Source: an uncultured Pelagibacteraceae bacterium
GTDB lineage: Bacteria; Pseudomonadota; Alphaproteobacteria; Pelagibacterales; Pelagibacteraceae
Direction of reading: 5' to 3'
Length of the DNA stretch: 64,000 nt
NCBI GenBank assembly: GCA_902580535.1
Contig: CACHKZ010000001.1
Coordinates: 10,498 to 74,497, forward strand
The translations under genes were made by a program, and so were the position numbers. Below are positions 28,040 to 38,777 of the stretch, one piece after another. Numbering within the stretch: position 1 is the first letter of the stretch; every line of letters begins with the position of its first letter. The notes beneath the pieces were generated by a model that was given only the letters and a program-made list of their open reading frames with translations, was not told where the DNA came from and ran no database searches.

Positions 28040-28983
28040 TTAGTTTTAGATATTAAATTTTGGGTTTCCATTTCATAAAGTTTGAAAATAGTTTCAGCAT
28101 CTTTTAAATTGATTTCTTTAAATTTTATTTTACTTCCAGGTGGTATTTGAACTAGCTTATCGTAATCAGCACTTATAACAACACCAATTTTAGGATAACC
28201 GCCAATAGTTCCATGATCCGAAAGCATAACAATTGGGTCACCATCAGCTGTTATTTGAATCGTTCCTTTAACTAATCCCTCAGATTTGATGTTTGTATAT
28301 TTTATGTTTTCAATTTTTGGTCCATCTAATCTAATTCCCATTCTATCAGTCAATTTTGTTATACTAAATTTTTCTTTAAAAAATAATTCTTTTGCAGTTT
28401 TGGAAAAATAATCGAAGTGTGGACCTTTTATTACTCTTATATTTTCAATTTTTGAATTTATGTAATCTAATTTATTCAAAGAATATTTTTTTGTAATATT
28501 TTCTATTTTAATTATTTGATTTTTTTGTAATATTTTCCCATTGTTAGCACCAATTCCTGCTTTCGTATTTACTGAGCAACTATCAAGATAAAAATTTATT
28601 TTAAATGATGCATTTATAGATAAATAACCATAAACAGATCTATTAGTGGATATAATATCTATACAATCATCATTTTCTAAAACAAGATTTTGATAACAAA
28701 CTCCTTCTTCTATTTTATTTTTTCTTAATATTTGAAAGTTTACATCACCAGTGACATTAAAATAAACTTTATCACCTTTGTATCTTAATTTTGGGCCTTG
28801 TAGTGCAAATTCTATAACAGGACTATTTTTTTTGTTATTTGAGATAGCATTCGCTATAACAAAATTTCTATTATCCATCGCACCACTAAAAGGTATTCCT
28901 ATATGATAGAAATTTTTTCTACCATTATCTTGGAATGTTGTGTTTATACCAGGTCTTAAAACCTCAAAATAATTTTCAGTCAT
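28036..28983 (-). CDS. pxpC: 5-oxoprolinase subunit C (carboxyltransferase/allophanate hydrolase subunit 2-like)
   Basis: QDNGR, SGAMD, DRMGIRL, GTIQ, TIGGYPKIG. Confidence 0.88.
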   Translation of the reverse strand: MTENYFEVLRPGINTTFQDNGRKNFYHIGIPFSGAMDNRNFVIANAISNNKKNSPVIEFALQGPKLRYKGDKVYFNVTGDVNFQILRKNKIEEGVCYQNLVLENDDCIDIISTNRSVYGYLSINASFKINFYLDSCSVNTKAGIGANNGKILQKNQIIKIENITKKYSLNKLDYINSKIENIRVIKGPHFDYFSKTAKELFFKEKFSITKLTDRMGIRLDGPKIENIKYTNIKSEGLVKGTIQITADGDPIVMLSDHGTIGGYPKIGVVISADYDKLVQIPPGSKIKFKEINLKDAETIFKLYEMETQNLISKTK

Positions 28984-29650
28984 ATTTTTTCTCGAATTCT
29001 AATTTTGATATTTGAAAAAATGATATCGTATCACCTGGGTTAATTAAATTTGGTGAAGTATTGTTTTTATTGTCGAATATATCTAAAGGAGTTTTTCCAA
29101 TTATGTTCCATCCACCAGGACTTTCAAATGTATAAATATTACAAAATTGTTCTGTTATTCCTATAGAGTTTTTTGGTACTTTAACCCTTGGTGTGTCTAG
29201 ACGTCTAGCATATAACGAACCATCCAAATCTCCCAAAAATGGCATGCCGGCAATAAACCCTGTCATATAACAATAATATTTTTTAGAAAAAAATTTTTTA
29301 TAAATTTCCTCTTTTTCAAGATTTAATAATTTTTCTAATCTTTTTATATCAAGAGCAAAATCATTGTCACAACAGACAGGTATTTTAATGAGATTACCTT
29401 CGTTAATTATTTCATTTTTGAAATTTAATTTTTCAACTTCTGTTTTAATTTTATTAAAGTTAGTAATACTTAGGTCAAAACTGATTATTAATTTATTATA
29501 ACTTGGCGTAATATTTGTAATACCAGGGATATTGCTTTTCTTTATATTTTTAAAAAATTGAATTACATTTAAATTTATTTCCCTGTTTACATCATTTCCA
29601 AAGTCACAGTATAAAGCTGCGTCACCAAGATTTGATATATTTTTTATCAT
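28976..29650 (-). CDS. pxpB: 5-oxoprolinase subunit B
   Basis: LGDAA, PSYN, GFIAGMPFLG, PRVKVP, SPGGWNIIGKT. Confidence 0.88.
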   Translation of the reverse strand: MIKNISNLGDAALYCDFGNDVNREINLNVIQFFKNIKKSNIPGITNITPSYNKLIISFDLSITNFNKIKTEVEKLNFKNEIINEGNLIKIPVCCDNDFALDIKRLEKLLNLEKEEIYKKFFSKKYYCYMTGFIAGMPFLGDLDGSLYARRLDTPRVKVPKNSIGITEQFCNIYTFESPGGWNIIGKTPLDIFDNKNNTSPNLINPGDTISFFQISKLEFEKKYD

Positions 29651-29677
29651 GCCATGTTATACTTTAAGCTATTAAGT

Positions 29678-30451
29678 ATGGAAATTAATTTAAATTGCGA
29701 TTTAGGTGAAAAATCAAAGCATCATTCAAATGAAAATGATCCTGAGCTACTCAAAATTGTAAATTCTGCTAATGTGGCATGCGGATATCATGCAGGTGAT
29801 GAGCAGACAATGCAAGAAGTGGTGAAAATTTCTAGAGAAAATAATGTTAGCATAGGAGCACACCCATCATTTAATGATCCTGAAAATTTTGGACGTAAAA
29901 GAATGAACCTTTCGGCTAGTGAAATAAATAAACTAATTATTGATCAATATGAGATATTGCAAAATATAGCTAACCTACAAGGAGAAAAGGTTTCACATAT
30001 TAAACCGCATGGTGCGTTGAATAATATGGCTTGTGAGGACTTAGATCTAGCAACAACTTTAGCTAGATCAATATACCAAATTGATAAAGATATCATTTAT
30101 TTAGTACCCACTGGTTCTAAAATGGAAATAGCAGCAAAAAAACTTAATATGAAAATTGCCTGTGAAATATTTGCCGACAGAAATTATGAAGATGATGGAA
30201 CGCTAGTTTCTAGAACAAAAGACCATGCTTTAATAACAGATCCTACCCAAGCTAAAAACCATGTATTGAATATGGTTAAAAACCAAACCCTTAATTGTCA
30301 CAGTGGTAAACAAATACCTTGTGAAATTGACTCTGTCTGCATACATGGTGATAATAAAAGTTCATTAGAAACTGCAATGTTTGTAAAGCAAAACTTATTA
30401 GAAAATAATTTAAATTTAAAACCTTTAAATAAAATGAGTAAATTTTTATGA
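29678..30451 (+). CDS. pxpA: 5-oxoprolinase subunit A (LamB/YcsF)
   Basis: LNCDLGE, SANVACGYHAGD, GAHPS, HIKPHGAL, EIFADRNY, CIHGD. Confidence 0.92.
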   Translation: MEINLNCDLGEKSKHHSNENDPELLKIVNSANVACGYHAGDEQTMQEVVKISRENNVSIGAHPSFNDPENFGRKRMNLSASEINKLIIDQYEILQNIANLQGEKVSHIKPHGALNNMACEDLDLATTLARSIYQIDKDIIYLVPTGSKMEIAAKKLNMKIACEIFADRNYEDDGTLVSRTKDHALITDPTQAKNHVLNMVKNQTLNCHSGKQIPCEIDSVCIHGDNKSSLETAMFVKQNLLENNLNLKPLNKMSKFL

Positions 30452-30933
30452 AGATTTTTAAAATATATTTAACCTTATTTTTACTTTTAACCTTTGCTAC
30501 TCACTCTTTTGCAGCTGGGACAGGCTCATCAGATAAAAAACCAAGTTATAAAAATGCAGTAAAATTAATTGAGGCTGCAAAAAAATATGAGTCAAAAGAT
30601 AAAATGGATAAGGCTATAAAAAGATATAAAAAAGCTCAAAAAATTTTATTAGAATTAGATAAAAAAAAACCATTACAAGCCGATACTTTGAATTATTTAG
30701 GTTTTACAACTAGAAAACTCGGCGATTTTGAAGCTGGAGAGAAATATTACTTGCTAGGTTTACAAGTTGAACCAAATCACGTTGGAATAAATGAATACTT
30801 AGGTGAATTATATGTTGTTACAAACAGAATAAATTTGGCAAAAGAAAGACTAGAAGTTTTAAAAAGTTGTAACTGTGAAGAGTATCAAGAATTAAAAGAA
30901 ATTATCGAAGGAACAAAAAAATCAAAATATTAG
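30448..30933 (+). CDS. Secreted TPR-repeat protein
   Basis: Signal peptide; NYLGF..RKLG, EYLGELY. Confidence 0.75.
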   Translation: MKIFKIYLTLFLLLTFATHSFAAGTGSSDKKPSYKNAVKLIEAAKKYESKDKMDKAIKRYKKAQKILLELDKKKPLQADTLNYLGFTTRKLGDFEAGEKYYLLGLQVEPNHVGINEYLGELYVVTNRINLAKERLEVLKSCNCEEYQELKEIIEGTKKSKY

Positions 30934-32240
30934 TTTATATTTTGAATCATTTGCTCAGGCATCCATAAGGCAATTTGAGGAAACAAAACAATTAAAATTA
31001 CTGCAAATATCATCAACAAGAATAATGGAAATGCACTCTTTGCGATGTAGCCCATATCTTTGTTAGCCATACCTTGCAAAACAAATAAATTAAAACCAAC
31101 AGGAGGGGTAATTTGAGCCATTTCAACAACTATAACCAAAAATATACCAAACCAAATCATATCAAAACCAGCCTGCCTTATCATTGGTTCTATAATTGCC
31201 ATTGTAAGTACAACTGCTGATATTCCATCAAGAAACATTCCTAAAATTATATAAAAAATCATTAATACGAAAATTAAAACATATGGTGATAATTCCATAT
31301 TTTGTATCCAAATTGCTAGATTTCTAGGAAGACCAGTAAATCCCATAGCGAGTGATAAAAATGTTGCTCCAGCTAATATGAATGCAATCATACACGAGGT
31401 TTTTGTTGCACCAAGCAAAGATTCTTTAAAAGTTTTTAAGTTCAAACTTTTTTGAAAATAAGAAAGTATTAAAGCTCCCACAACACCAAGAGATGCAGCT
31501 TCAGTTGCTGTTGCAATTCCAGTATAAATAGAGCCAATTACACCAAGGATTAATAAAATTACAGGTATTAACTGTTTTGATTTACTTAATTTATTTAAAA
31601 ATGAGTAATTTTCTTCAGTTAACGGCATTTTATTTTTATTTAACAAAGACCAAATGATTACATAGCCCATAAAAATCAGAGCAATCATTATTCCAGGAAT
31701 TATTCCTGCTATAAATAGTTTAGCGATAGACTCTTGAACAGTTACTCCATAAATAATTAGAATAATTGAAGGAGGGATTAGTAATCCTAAAGTTCCAGAG
31801 CCTGCAAGACTTCCAAGTAAAATTTTTTCAGGATATTTTCTTTTTCTTAACTCTGGAATTGACATTTTGCCAACTGTAGCGACTGTTGCAGCTGAAGATC
31901 CAGATATAGCTGCAAACAATGCACATCCAACAACATTGACATGTATTAAACCTCCAGGAAGTTTCTGTAACCAAGGAGCTAGTCCCTCAAATAAATTTTC
32001 AGATAATTTAGTCCTAAATAAAATTTCTCCCATCCATACAAAAAGAGGCAAAGCAGTCAGAGTCCATGATGATGATGCACCCCAAATTGTCGTGGCCATT
32101 GCATCTCCGACTGGTCGAGAAGTAAATAAAATCATTCCAATAGAAGAAACACCAATCATACTTATTGCTACCCATATTCCAGAGCTTAAAAAAAGCAGTA
32201 AAACTGTAATAAAAAAAATAGCTAATAAAATTTCAATCAT
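30930..32240 (-). CDS. dctM: TRAP transporter large permease
   Basis: ALPLF, FAAISGSS, GTLGLLIPPS, TATEAA, ITPPVGFNLFV. Confidence 0.93.
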   Translation of the reverse strand: MIEILLAIFFITVLLLFLSSGIWVAISMIGVSSIGMILFTSRPVGDAMATTIWGASSSWTLTALPLFVWMGEILFRTKLSENLFEGLAPWLQKLPGGLIHVNVVGCALFAAISGSSAATVATVGKMSIPELRKRKYPEKILLGSLAGSGTLGLLIPPSIILIIYGVTVQESIAKLFIAGIIPGIMIALIFMGYVIIWSLLNKNKMPLTEENYSFLNKLSKSKQLIPVILLILGVIGSIYTGIATATEAASLGVVGALILSYFQKSLNLKTFKESLLGATKTSCMIAFILAGATFLSLAMGFTGLPRNLAIWIQNMELSPYVLIFVLMIFYIILGMFLDGISAVVLTMAIIEPMIRQAGFDMIWFGIFLVIVVEMAQITPPVGFNLFVLQGMANKDMGYIAKSAFPLFLLMIFAVILIVLFPQIALWMPEQMIQNIN

Positions 32241-32718
32241 TTTTATAAATTTTTAAGATTAGTAGATGAAAAGCACATATAAAAAAAAGTGTTGCTCCAA
32301 TAGCGACACTGCACTGAGGTATCCATATTAAAATTTCATCAGCACCTTCACTTCTTTCTTCAAACTCGTATGAGATTTTTAACATTTTGATAAAATAATA
32401 TGACATATAACCTGCGAATATTGTTGTGACGGTTAAGCTCCAAACCTCTAAAAATCTTTTTTTAAAACCTGTAGATTTTTCTAAAAATAACGTAATTCTT
32501 ATATGTCCCCCATTTATGAATGTATATGAAAGAGCAAAAAAAGATGAGGCAGCCATACAGTACCCTGAGTATTCAGCTAACCCCCTTATATAAAAACCGA
32601 AAATTCTAGATGCAATTCCTGTTAATATAAAAACTGCAATAAGGATTAAAAAAAATGCAGCTATATACCCTGAATAATTATAAATACTATTTAATGATTT
32701 ATTTAATTTCTGTAACAT
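32233..32718 (-). CDS. dctQ: TRAP transporter small permease
   Basis: 4 TM, GGHIRITL; lies between dctP and dctM. Confidence 0.88.
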   Translation of the reverse strand: MLQKLNKSLNSIYNYSGYIAAFFLILIAVFILTGIASRIFGFYIRGLAEYSGYCMAASSFFALSYTFINGGHIRITLFLEKSTGFKKRFLEVWSLTVTTIFAGYMSYYFIKMLKISYEFEERSEGADEILIWIPQCSVAIGATLFFICAFHLLILKIYKND

Positions 32719-32750
32719 AAAAAAGGCTGTTTTTTTAAACAGCCTTTTTT
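32719..32750 (-). terminator. Hairpin/intrinsic terminator between dctP and dctQ
   Basis: AAAAAAGGCTGTTT-loop-AAACAGCCTTTTTT. Confidence 0.75.
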
Positions 32751-32762
32751 ATTATATTTATT

Positions 32763-33734
32763 TTATTTGTATGCGGCAAGTACGCTAGCACCTGTTTTGC
32801 CAGCTTTTTTCTTCCATTCTTTCGCCATTTTTTTTCCAACTTTTTGGAAATGTTTTTCTAAATCAGCATTTACTTTACCCACTACCATCCCTGCAGCAGC
32901 TAGAGCTTTTTTATCTTCTATATTTCCAACCCTAGAAAGCATCCAACCTTTTTCTTCTGCAGCAGCAGCTTCTCTTTTAATAAGCATTTGAGTATCGGCA
33001 TCTAGTTTATTCCACGATCCTCTATGCGCAACAACCATATTTTTTGGGAACCAAGCAGCGATATCGTAGAAATATTTAACACCGTTCTCCCATATTTTAC
33101 TATTTTTACCAGTTGTTGGCGATGTAATCATACTTTCAACTGCTCCAGTTGAAAATGCTTGGCTGATTTCAGCCGCCTCTATTTTTGTTGGAGCCATACC
33201 TGTAAGCTCTGCAATTCTAATTGTTGCTGAATTATAAGCTCTAAACTTTAAGCCTTCTAAATCTGAAACACTATTAATTTCATTTTTGCTATATAGTCCT
33301 TGTGCAGGCCATGGTACAGCATATAAAAATACTAATCCTTTTTGATTTAAACTTTCAATAATTGCTGGCTTTGAAGCTTGATAAAGTTTCATAGCATCGT
33401 CATATGAAGTTGCTAAAAAAGGCTGTGAGTCAATTTCAAGAATAGGGTCAACTTTTCCCAATGCTGACATAAATCTTTCACCCATTTGTGCTTGGCCAGT
33501 TCTTACTGCTCTAAAAATTTCTCCACCTTTAAATAATGATCCACCAGGATGTGTAACTATTGTAAGTTTTCCTCCACTTTTCTCTGAAACATTTTTAGCA
33601 AATTCTGCTGCATTTGCTGAGTGAAAGTTACTCGCACCATAAGCTAAAGCCATATCCCACTTTTCAGAAGCATTTACATTTGCTATTAATAAGACAGAAA
33701 ATAAAATAGAAAACAAAGTTTTTAAAATTTTCAT
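32763..33734 (-). CDS. dctP: TRAP substrate-binding protein (DctP6/DctP7-like, putatively pyroglutamate)
   Basis: Signal peptide; WDMALAY..SNFH, HPGGSL, YAVPWPAQGLY, DLEGLKFR. Confidence 0.88.
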   Translation of the reverse strand: MKILKTLFSILFSVLLIANVNASEKWDMALAYGASNFHSANAAEFAKNVSEKSGGKLTIVTHPGGSLFKGGEIFRAVRTGQAQMGERFMSALGKVDPILEIDSQPFLATSYDDAMKLYQASKPAIIESLNQKGLVFLYAVPWPAQGLYSKNEINSVSDLEGLKFRAYNSATIRIAELTGMAPTKIEAAEISQAFSTGAVESMITSPTTGKNSKIWENGVKYFYDIAAWFPKNMVVAHRGSWNKLDADTQMLIKREAAAAEEKGWMLSRVGNIEDKKALAAAGMVVGKVNADLEKHFQKVGKKMAKEWKKKAGKTGASVLAAYK

Positions 33735-33848
33735 TAATCCTCCTTAATTTTTAAAAAATACATCTCATTATGTATTATTTATTAAATCAATAAAAATTTT
33801 ATCAAGATTTATTGAAAAATTAGTAATTGTTACTATTATATAGTTATC

Positions 33849-34463
33849 TTGATTGAAGAAGCCCTTATTTTACTGCAAATTATCTTTATAGATATAATAT
33901 TGGCAGCTGATAACGCCATAATAATTGGTCTAATTGCAGCTAATTTTGTACCGAAAAACAGAAAAAAAATCATATTTTGGGGAGTGGTTGGAGCTTTAAT
34001 TTTTAAAGTTTTATTTGCAGTATTTGCGACCTATTTATTCAAATTTTACTTCATAAAAATTCTTGGAGGTTTGCTTCTAATTTGGATAGTAAATGATCTT
34101 AGAAAAGATCTTTTACAAGCACAAAAGCAAGTTAAATCACCAACAAAAAAATCCTTAGAACCTTCATTTGCAAAGGGTATGTACAAAGTGCTTTTCGCGG
34201 ATATAACAATTAGTTTTGATAATGTTATAGGTGTTGTTGGTGCTTCTAAGGGTAACTTTGGGTTTATGATTTTTGGGTTAATTTTATCTGTAGTCCTTAC
34301 AGGTGCCATGGCCACTTATTTAGCTAATTATATTCAGAAACATTTATGGGTCGTCTATATTGGAATAGCATTTATTCTTATACTTGCAATACAGCTAATC
34401 ATTGGTGGACTTGTAGATTTAGAAATTCTAAAAATTAATGAGGAATTTAAAAAGTATTTTTAG
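33849..34463 (+). CDS. TerC/YjbE family membrane protein
   Basis: IDIILAADNA, ADITISFDNV. Confidence 0.85.
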   Translation: MIEEALILLQIIFIDIILAADNAIIIGLIAANFVPKNRKKIIFWGVVGALIFKVLFAVFATYLFKFYFIKILGGLLLIWIVNDLRKDLLQAQKQVKSPTKKSLEPSFAKGMYKVLFADITISFDNVIGVVGASKGNFGFMIFGLILSVVLTGAMATYLANYIQKHLWVVYIGIAFILILAIQLIIGGLVDLEILKINEEFKKYF

Positions 34464-35239
34464 TAAGAATGCTTTAATGATGGATATGAACCTCTTTTCA
34501 CATCTGACCCAAATTTTTTAACTGCATTTCTAATATTGCTTTTAAAATTAGCATATTTCTTTACGAATTTTATTCTACTATTAGTCAAACCTAATAAATC
34601 GTCTAAAACTAAAATTTGACCATCACAAAATTTCGAGGATCCAATTCCGATTGTTGGTATTTTAACTGTCTCAGTTATTTTTTTTGAAAGTTTTTTTTCA
34701 ATGCATTCTAGCACAATAGCAAAAACACCTGCTTCTTCTAAGATTTTTGAATCTTTTAACAAACTTTTTTTTTCTCTTTCAGTTTTTCCTTTGTATCTAA
34801 ATCTGCCTCTTACAGATTGTGGGGTTATACCTATGTGACCCATCACTGGAATTTTATTATTTACTAAATATTCAATTATACTTTTCATCTTTCTTCCACC
34901 TTCTAATTTGACTCCATCACATTTTGTTTCCTTAATTACCTTTTTACAATTTTTTAGTGCTTGCAATTTATTTTTATATGTATTGAAAGGCATATCTACA
35001 ATCATCAAACTTTTTTTTACTCCTTTTCTTACACTTTTAGAATGTTCAATCATCATTTTTAGGTTTACTTTTCGTGTGGTATCAAAATTATATAAAACAG
35101 AACCTAAAGAATCTCCAACCAGTATAAGGTCAGTGTTTTTGTCAACTTCTTCAGCAATATTTTTTGAGTAAGCAGTTAAGCATACTATTTTTGACTTATT
35201 TTTCTTTTTAAATATAAGCCTACTTATTTTCGAAGGCAT
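34460..35239 (-). CDS. panB: 3-methyl-2-oxobutanoate hydroxymethyltransferase
   Basis: LTAY, LVGDSLG, DMPF, VKLEGG, GHIGITPQ, PTIGIG, DGQILV. Confidence 0.95.
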   Translation of the reverse strand: MPSKISRLIFKKKNKSKIVCLTAYSKNIAEEVDKNTDLILVGDSLGSVLYNFDTTRKVNLKMMIEHSKSVRKGVKKSLMIVDMPFNTYKNKLQALKNCKKVIKETKCDGVKLEGGRKMKSIIEYLVNNKIPVMGHIGITPQSVRGRFRYKGKTEREKKSLLKDSKILEEAGVFAIVLECIEKKLSKKITETVKIPTIGIGSSKFCDGQILVLDDLLGLTNSRIKFVKKYANFKSNIRNAVKKFGSDVKRGSYPSLKHSY

Positions 35240-35248
35240 AAATATTTA

Positions 35249-35668
35249 TTACCAAGTGCCTGTATTTTCCATAGATTTCCATGGCTCTATTGGTTCCAAG
35301 TAGCCATCTTGAAGTATTTCAACAGAAATTTTATCTGGAGATCTAACAAATGCCATATGACCATCTCTTGGTGGTCTGTTAATTGTATAACCCATGTCTC
35401 TTAATCTTTGACAAGTCTCATATATATTTTCAACTCTGTACGCCAAATGTCCGAAGTTTCTTGAACCATCACCCAAACTATCTCCATCCCAATTGTATGT
35501 TAATTCTATTTCAGCTTTATCATCATCTGGAGCAGCAAGAAATACTAAAGTATATCTGCCCTTTTCACTGTCTTTTCTTCTTGTTTCTTTAAGACCTAAC
35601 CCTTCACAGAAAAATCTTAGTGACTCTTCTATGTTTGAGACTCTAATCATTGTATGTAAATATTTCAT
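35249..35668 (-). CDS. gloA: Lactoylglutathione lyase (glyoxalase I, VOC family)
   Basis: [26 protein letters not shown]. Confidence 0.88.
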   Translation of the reverse strand: MKYLHTMIRVSNIEESLRFFCEGLGLKETRRKDSEKGRYTLVFLAAPDDDKAEIELTYNWDGDSLGDGSRNFGHLAYRVENIYETCQRLRDMGYTINRPPRDGHMAFVRSPDKISVEILQDGYLEPIEPWKSMENTGTW

Positions 35669-35690
35669 ATAGGTTACTTATATAGCCTTA

Positions 35691-37253
35691 TTATTCCAAT
35701 TCAATAGTACTTGGAGGTTTAGATGTTATATCATAAACAACTCTATTTACTCCTCTTATATTGTTTATAATTTGGTTAGATACTGATTGCATAAAAGTTT
35801 TGTTAAATTGAAAAAAATCTGCAGTCATACCATCTTCAGAAGTAATTGCTCTCAACAAACAAACGTATTCATAAGTTCTATTATCACCCATTACTCCTAC
35901 CGTTTTTACTGGAAGTAAGGCAGCATATGCCTGCCATATTTTATCATATAAATTATTATCCTTTAACGATTTTATAAAATAATTATCTGCTTCTTTTAGA
36001 ATTTTAATTTTTTCTTTAGATATATTTCCAGGCATTCTAATTGCAAGACCTGGTCCTGGAAATGGATGTCTAGAGATAATCTCTTTATTCAATCCAATTT
36101 CTAATCCTAGCTTTCTAACTTCGTCTTTAAAGAGATATTTTAGAGGTTCTACTAATTTAAGTTTCATTTTTTTTGGCAAACCTCCAACATTGTGATGTGA
36201 TTTAATTTTTGAAGTTTGGCTTCCAGTAACTGATTTACTTTCGATTAAATCTGGATAGAGAGTTCCTTGAGCTAAAAATTTTACTTTTTTAATTTTTTTT
36301 GCATATTTTTCAAAAATTTTAATAAATAGATTTCCAATAATTTTTCTTTTTCTTTCTGGATCAGAAATATTTTTTAATTTTGATAAAAATAAGTTTTCAG
36401 CATTCACATAAATTAAATTAATTTTAAATCGTTTCTTAAAAGTATTAATAACTTGTTTTTCCTCACCTTTTCTCAGTAAGCCTGTATTAACAAAAATACA
36501 TGTCAATTTTTTTCCAATTGCATTTGACAACAGTTTTGCAACTACACTACTGTCAACGCCGCCAGATAATGCACAAATGACTTTTGAATTTCCAACAATA
36601 TCTCTTACCTCGCTAACTAATTTTTTTTTCTGATCACTAGCAGACCAATTTTTAGTTAATTTACATATAGAAAATATAAAATTTCTAAGTATTATTTTTC
36701 CTTTATTGGTATGACTTACTTCAGGATGAAACTGGATTCCAAACATATTTTTTTTCTTATTTTCAATAATACACATTTTAGAATTTTTACTTTTTGCAAT
36801 TACATTAAAATTTTTTGGTAATTTTGTTACTTGATCTGCATGACTCATCCAAACATTATTTTTTTTGTTAGAAAAAAAATTTTTTGTTAATTTACTTTTT
36901 TTTATCTCTTTTACTTCAGCTAGCCCGAATTCTCTAAATTTAGAACTTTTTACTTTTCCACCCATTACTTTTGAAATAATTTGGTGTCCAAAACATATTC
37001 CTAATACAGGTATTTCAAGTTTTAAAAGATTATAATTAAATTTTACTTTTTTATTTTCATAAACATTTAAAGGACCGCCTGATAAAACTATACCCTTGAT
37101 ATTTTTATCGAAGTTTTTACGTTTTTCTATTGATTTGTGACTGATTATTTCACAATAGATGCCAAGTTCTCTTATTTTACGTGCTATTAATTGTGTAAAT
37201 TGAGAACCAAAGTCAACAATCAATATCTTATTAAGAGTGTCCTCAAGACGCAT
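35691..37253 (-). CDS. guaA: GMP synthase (glutamine-hydrolysing)
   Basis: [44 protein letters not shown]. Confidence 0.97.
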   Translation of the reverse strand: MRLEDTLNKILIVDFGSQFTQLIARKIRELGIYCEIISHKSIEKRKNFDKNIKGIVLSGGPLNVYENKKVKFNYNLLKLEIPVLGICFGHQIISKVMGGKVKSSKFREFGLAEVKEIKKSKLTKNFFSNKKNNVWMSHADQVTKLPKNFNVIAKSKNSKMCIIENKKKNMFGIQFHPEVSHTNKGKIILRNFIFSICKLTKNWSASDQKKKLVSEVRDIVGNSKVICALSGGVDSSVVAKLLSNAIGKKLTCIFVNTGLLRKGEEKQVINTFKKRFKINLIYVNAENLFLSKLKNISDPERKRKIIGNLFIKIFEKYAKKIKKVKFLAQGTLYPDLIESKSVTGSQTSKIKSHHNVGGLPKKMKLKLVEPLKYLFKDEVRKLGLEIGLNKEIISRHPFPGPGLAIRMPGNISKEKIKILKEADNYFIKSLKDNNLYDKIWQAYAALLPVKTVGVMGDNRTYEYVCLLRAITSEDGMTADFFQFNKTFMQSVSNQIINNIRGVNRVVYDITSKPPSTIELE

Positions 37254-37671
37254 CTTTTCTTTCAAAATCTTTTAAACGACTTTCAATTGAAAGAATTTTT
37301 GAACACAAATTTACACAAATTTTTTCAAAATCTTTACTTAACTCAACTGCTTTTGAAAAATTCGATCTTTCTAATTCCATGTCTATTAATAGGTACATTG
37401 CCTCTTCATTTTTTGGATCTAAGAGCAAAGTAGTTTTTATATTTTTTTCTTCTTGTCTTTTATCTTCTTCAATTTTGAAAATCTTAGCTAAATAGAGGTA
37501 AGATGGTGCATCCTTTGGATTATAGACTATATTCCTGTGAAACAAAAACTTTGATTCCTCATATTTTTCATTATCAAATAAATCTTTAGCTTCAATGAAA
37601 TAATTATTTTTTTCTGCTTTTGCCACTATACTGAATACACAGAGGGCTATAATTAAAATTAAATATTTCAT
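37243..37671 (-). CDS. Secreted TPR-like hypothetical protein
   Basis: Signal peptide; helical repeats with P-K-D/N-A/E turns. Confidence 0.65.
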   Translation of the reverse strand: MKYLILIIALCVFSIVAKAEKNNYFIEAKDLFDNEKYEESKFLFHRNIVYNPKDAPSYLYLAKIFKIEEDKRQEEKNIKTTLLLDPKNEEAMYLLIDMELERSNFSKAVELSKDFEKICVNLCSKILSIESRLKDFERKDAS

Positions 37672-37673
37672 AA

Positions 37674-38738
37674 TTATTTTTTTACTAGATCTATGTTATG
37701 TACCATACTTTCATAGAAACCTGCTTTAGTAATTTTCACAAATTTTGGTTTTTTTCTTAAATCAATTACTTTCTTAGCCCCCAAATAACCCATAGAAGAT
37801 TTTAAACCTCCAACTAAGCTATATATGATTTTATCAACTCTACCTTTGTACTTAATGTATCCTTCTACTCCTTCAGCAACATATTTTGACGTATCTTTCT
37901 GTTTAGATTGAAAATATCTATCTGCTGACCCTTTATTCATTGCACCTATTGATCCCATACCTCTAAAATATTTATACAATTTACCATTTTTCTTTATTTT
38001 TTTTCCTGGTGCTTCATCAGTTCCTGCAAATAGTGACCCTATCATAACCGCATCCGCACCTGCAGCTAATGCTTTTGCTATATCTCCAGAGAATTTTACA
38101 CCGCCATCAGCAATCAATTTTGTTTTGCCTTTCCCAATTCCCTTTTTAACATCTAAAATTGCACTCAATTGAGGAACTCCTATTCCTGCAACAAGTCTTG
38201 TTGTACAAATAGATCCAGGACCTATTCCAACTTTGATTATATCTACACCAAGTCTAACTAGAAATTTTGCAGCTTCAGCTGTGGCTATATTTCCTGCACA
38301 AATTGCTGTTCCTTTTGGTTTTATTTTTTTAATTTTGTTAATTATATTTCCAACTTTTTTTGTATGTCCATGTGCTGTATCCACTACAATTATATCTATA
38401 TTTTCTTTTAGTATTTTCTCTGCTCTTTTTAATTCTTTTTCACTCGCCCCAACTGCTGCTCCTACTGGGTATTTTTTTGATTTTACTTTTCTTATTTCTT
38501 TGATTTGATCATTTATATTTAGATTTCTATGGATAATTCCTAAGCCACCAGCTTTTGCCATAGCAATACTCATTGATGATTCTGTTACTGTATCCATTGC
38601 AGATGATAGAAGAGGTATTCTTATACTTAGGTTTTTTGTTAGATTTGTTGATGTATTGACTTCATTTGGTAAAATTTCGGAGTAATTTGGAGCTAATGTA
38701 ACATCATCAAACGTTAAAGCTTCTTTGATAGTATCCAT
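37674..38738 (-). CDS. guaB: IMP dehydrogenase lacking the CBS subdomain
   Basis: [41 protein letters not shown]; 354 aa. Confidence 0.95.
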   Translation of the reverse strand: MDTIKEALTFDDVTLAPNYSEILPNEVNTSTNLTKNLSIRIPLLSSAMDTVTESSMSIAMAKAGGLGIIHRNLNINDQIKEIRKVKSKKYPVGAAVGASEKELKRAEKILKENIDIIVVDTAHGHTKKVGNIINKIKKIKPKGTAICAGNIATAEAAKFLVRLGVDIIKVGIGPGSICTTRLVAGIGVPQLSAILDVKKGIGKGKTKLIADGGVKFSGDIAKALAAGADAVMIGSLFAGTDEAPGKKIKKNGKLYKYFRGMGSIGAMNKGSADRYFQSKQKDTSKYVAEGVEGYIKYKGRVDKIIYSLVGGLKSSMGYLGAKKVIDLRKKPKFVKITKAGFYESMVHNIDLVKK

Positions 38739-38777
38739 GTCCTTATATAAATGATTCTTAAAAAAATAAAAGACAAA

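Noticed and set aside
28036-29650. Urea carboxylase/allophanate hydrolase or KipI/KipA annotation
   Set aside because: The adjacent LamB/YcsF gene and the absence of a biotin carboxylase fit 5-oxoprolinase PxpABC better
33787-33815. Inverted repeat TCAATAAA-N13-TTTATTGA upstream of dctP
   Set aside because: Short and almost all A/T, so likely by chance; no regulator nearby
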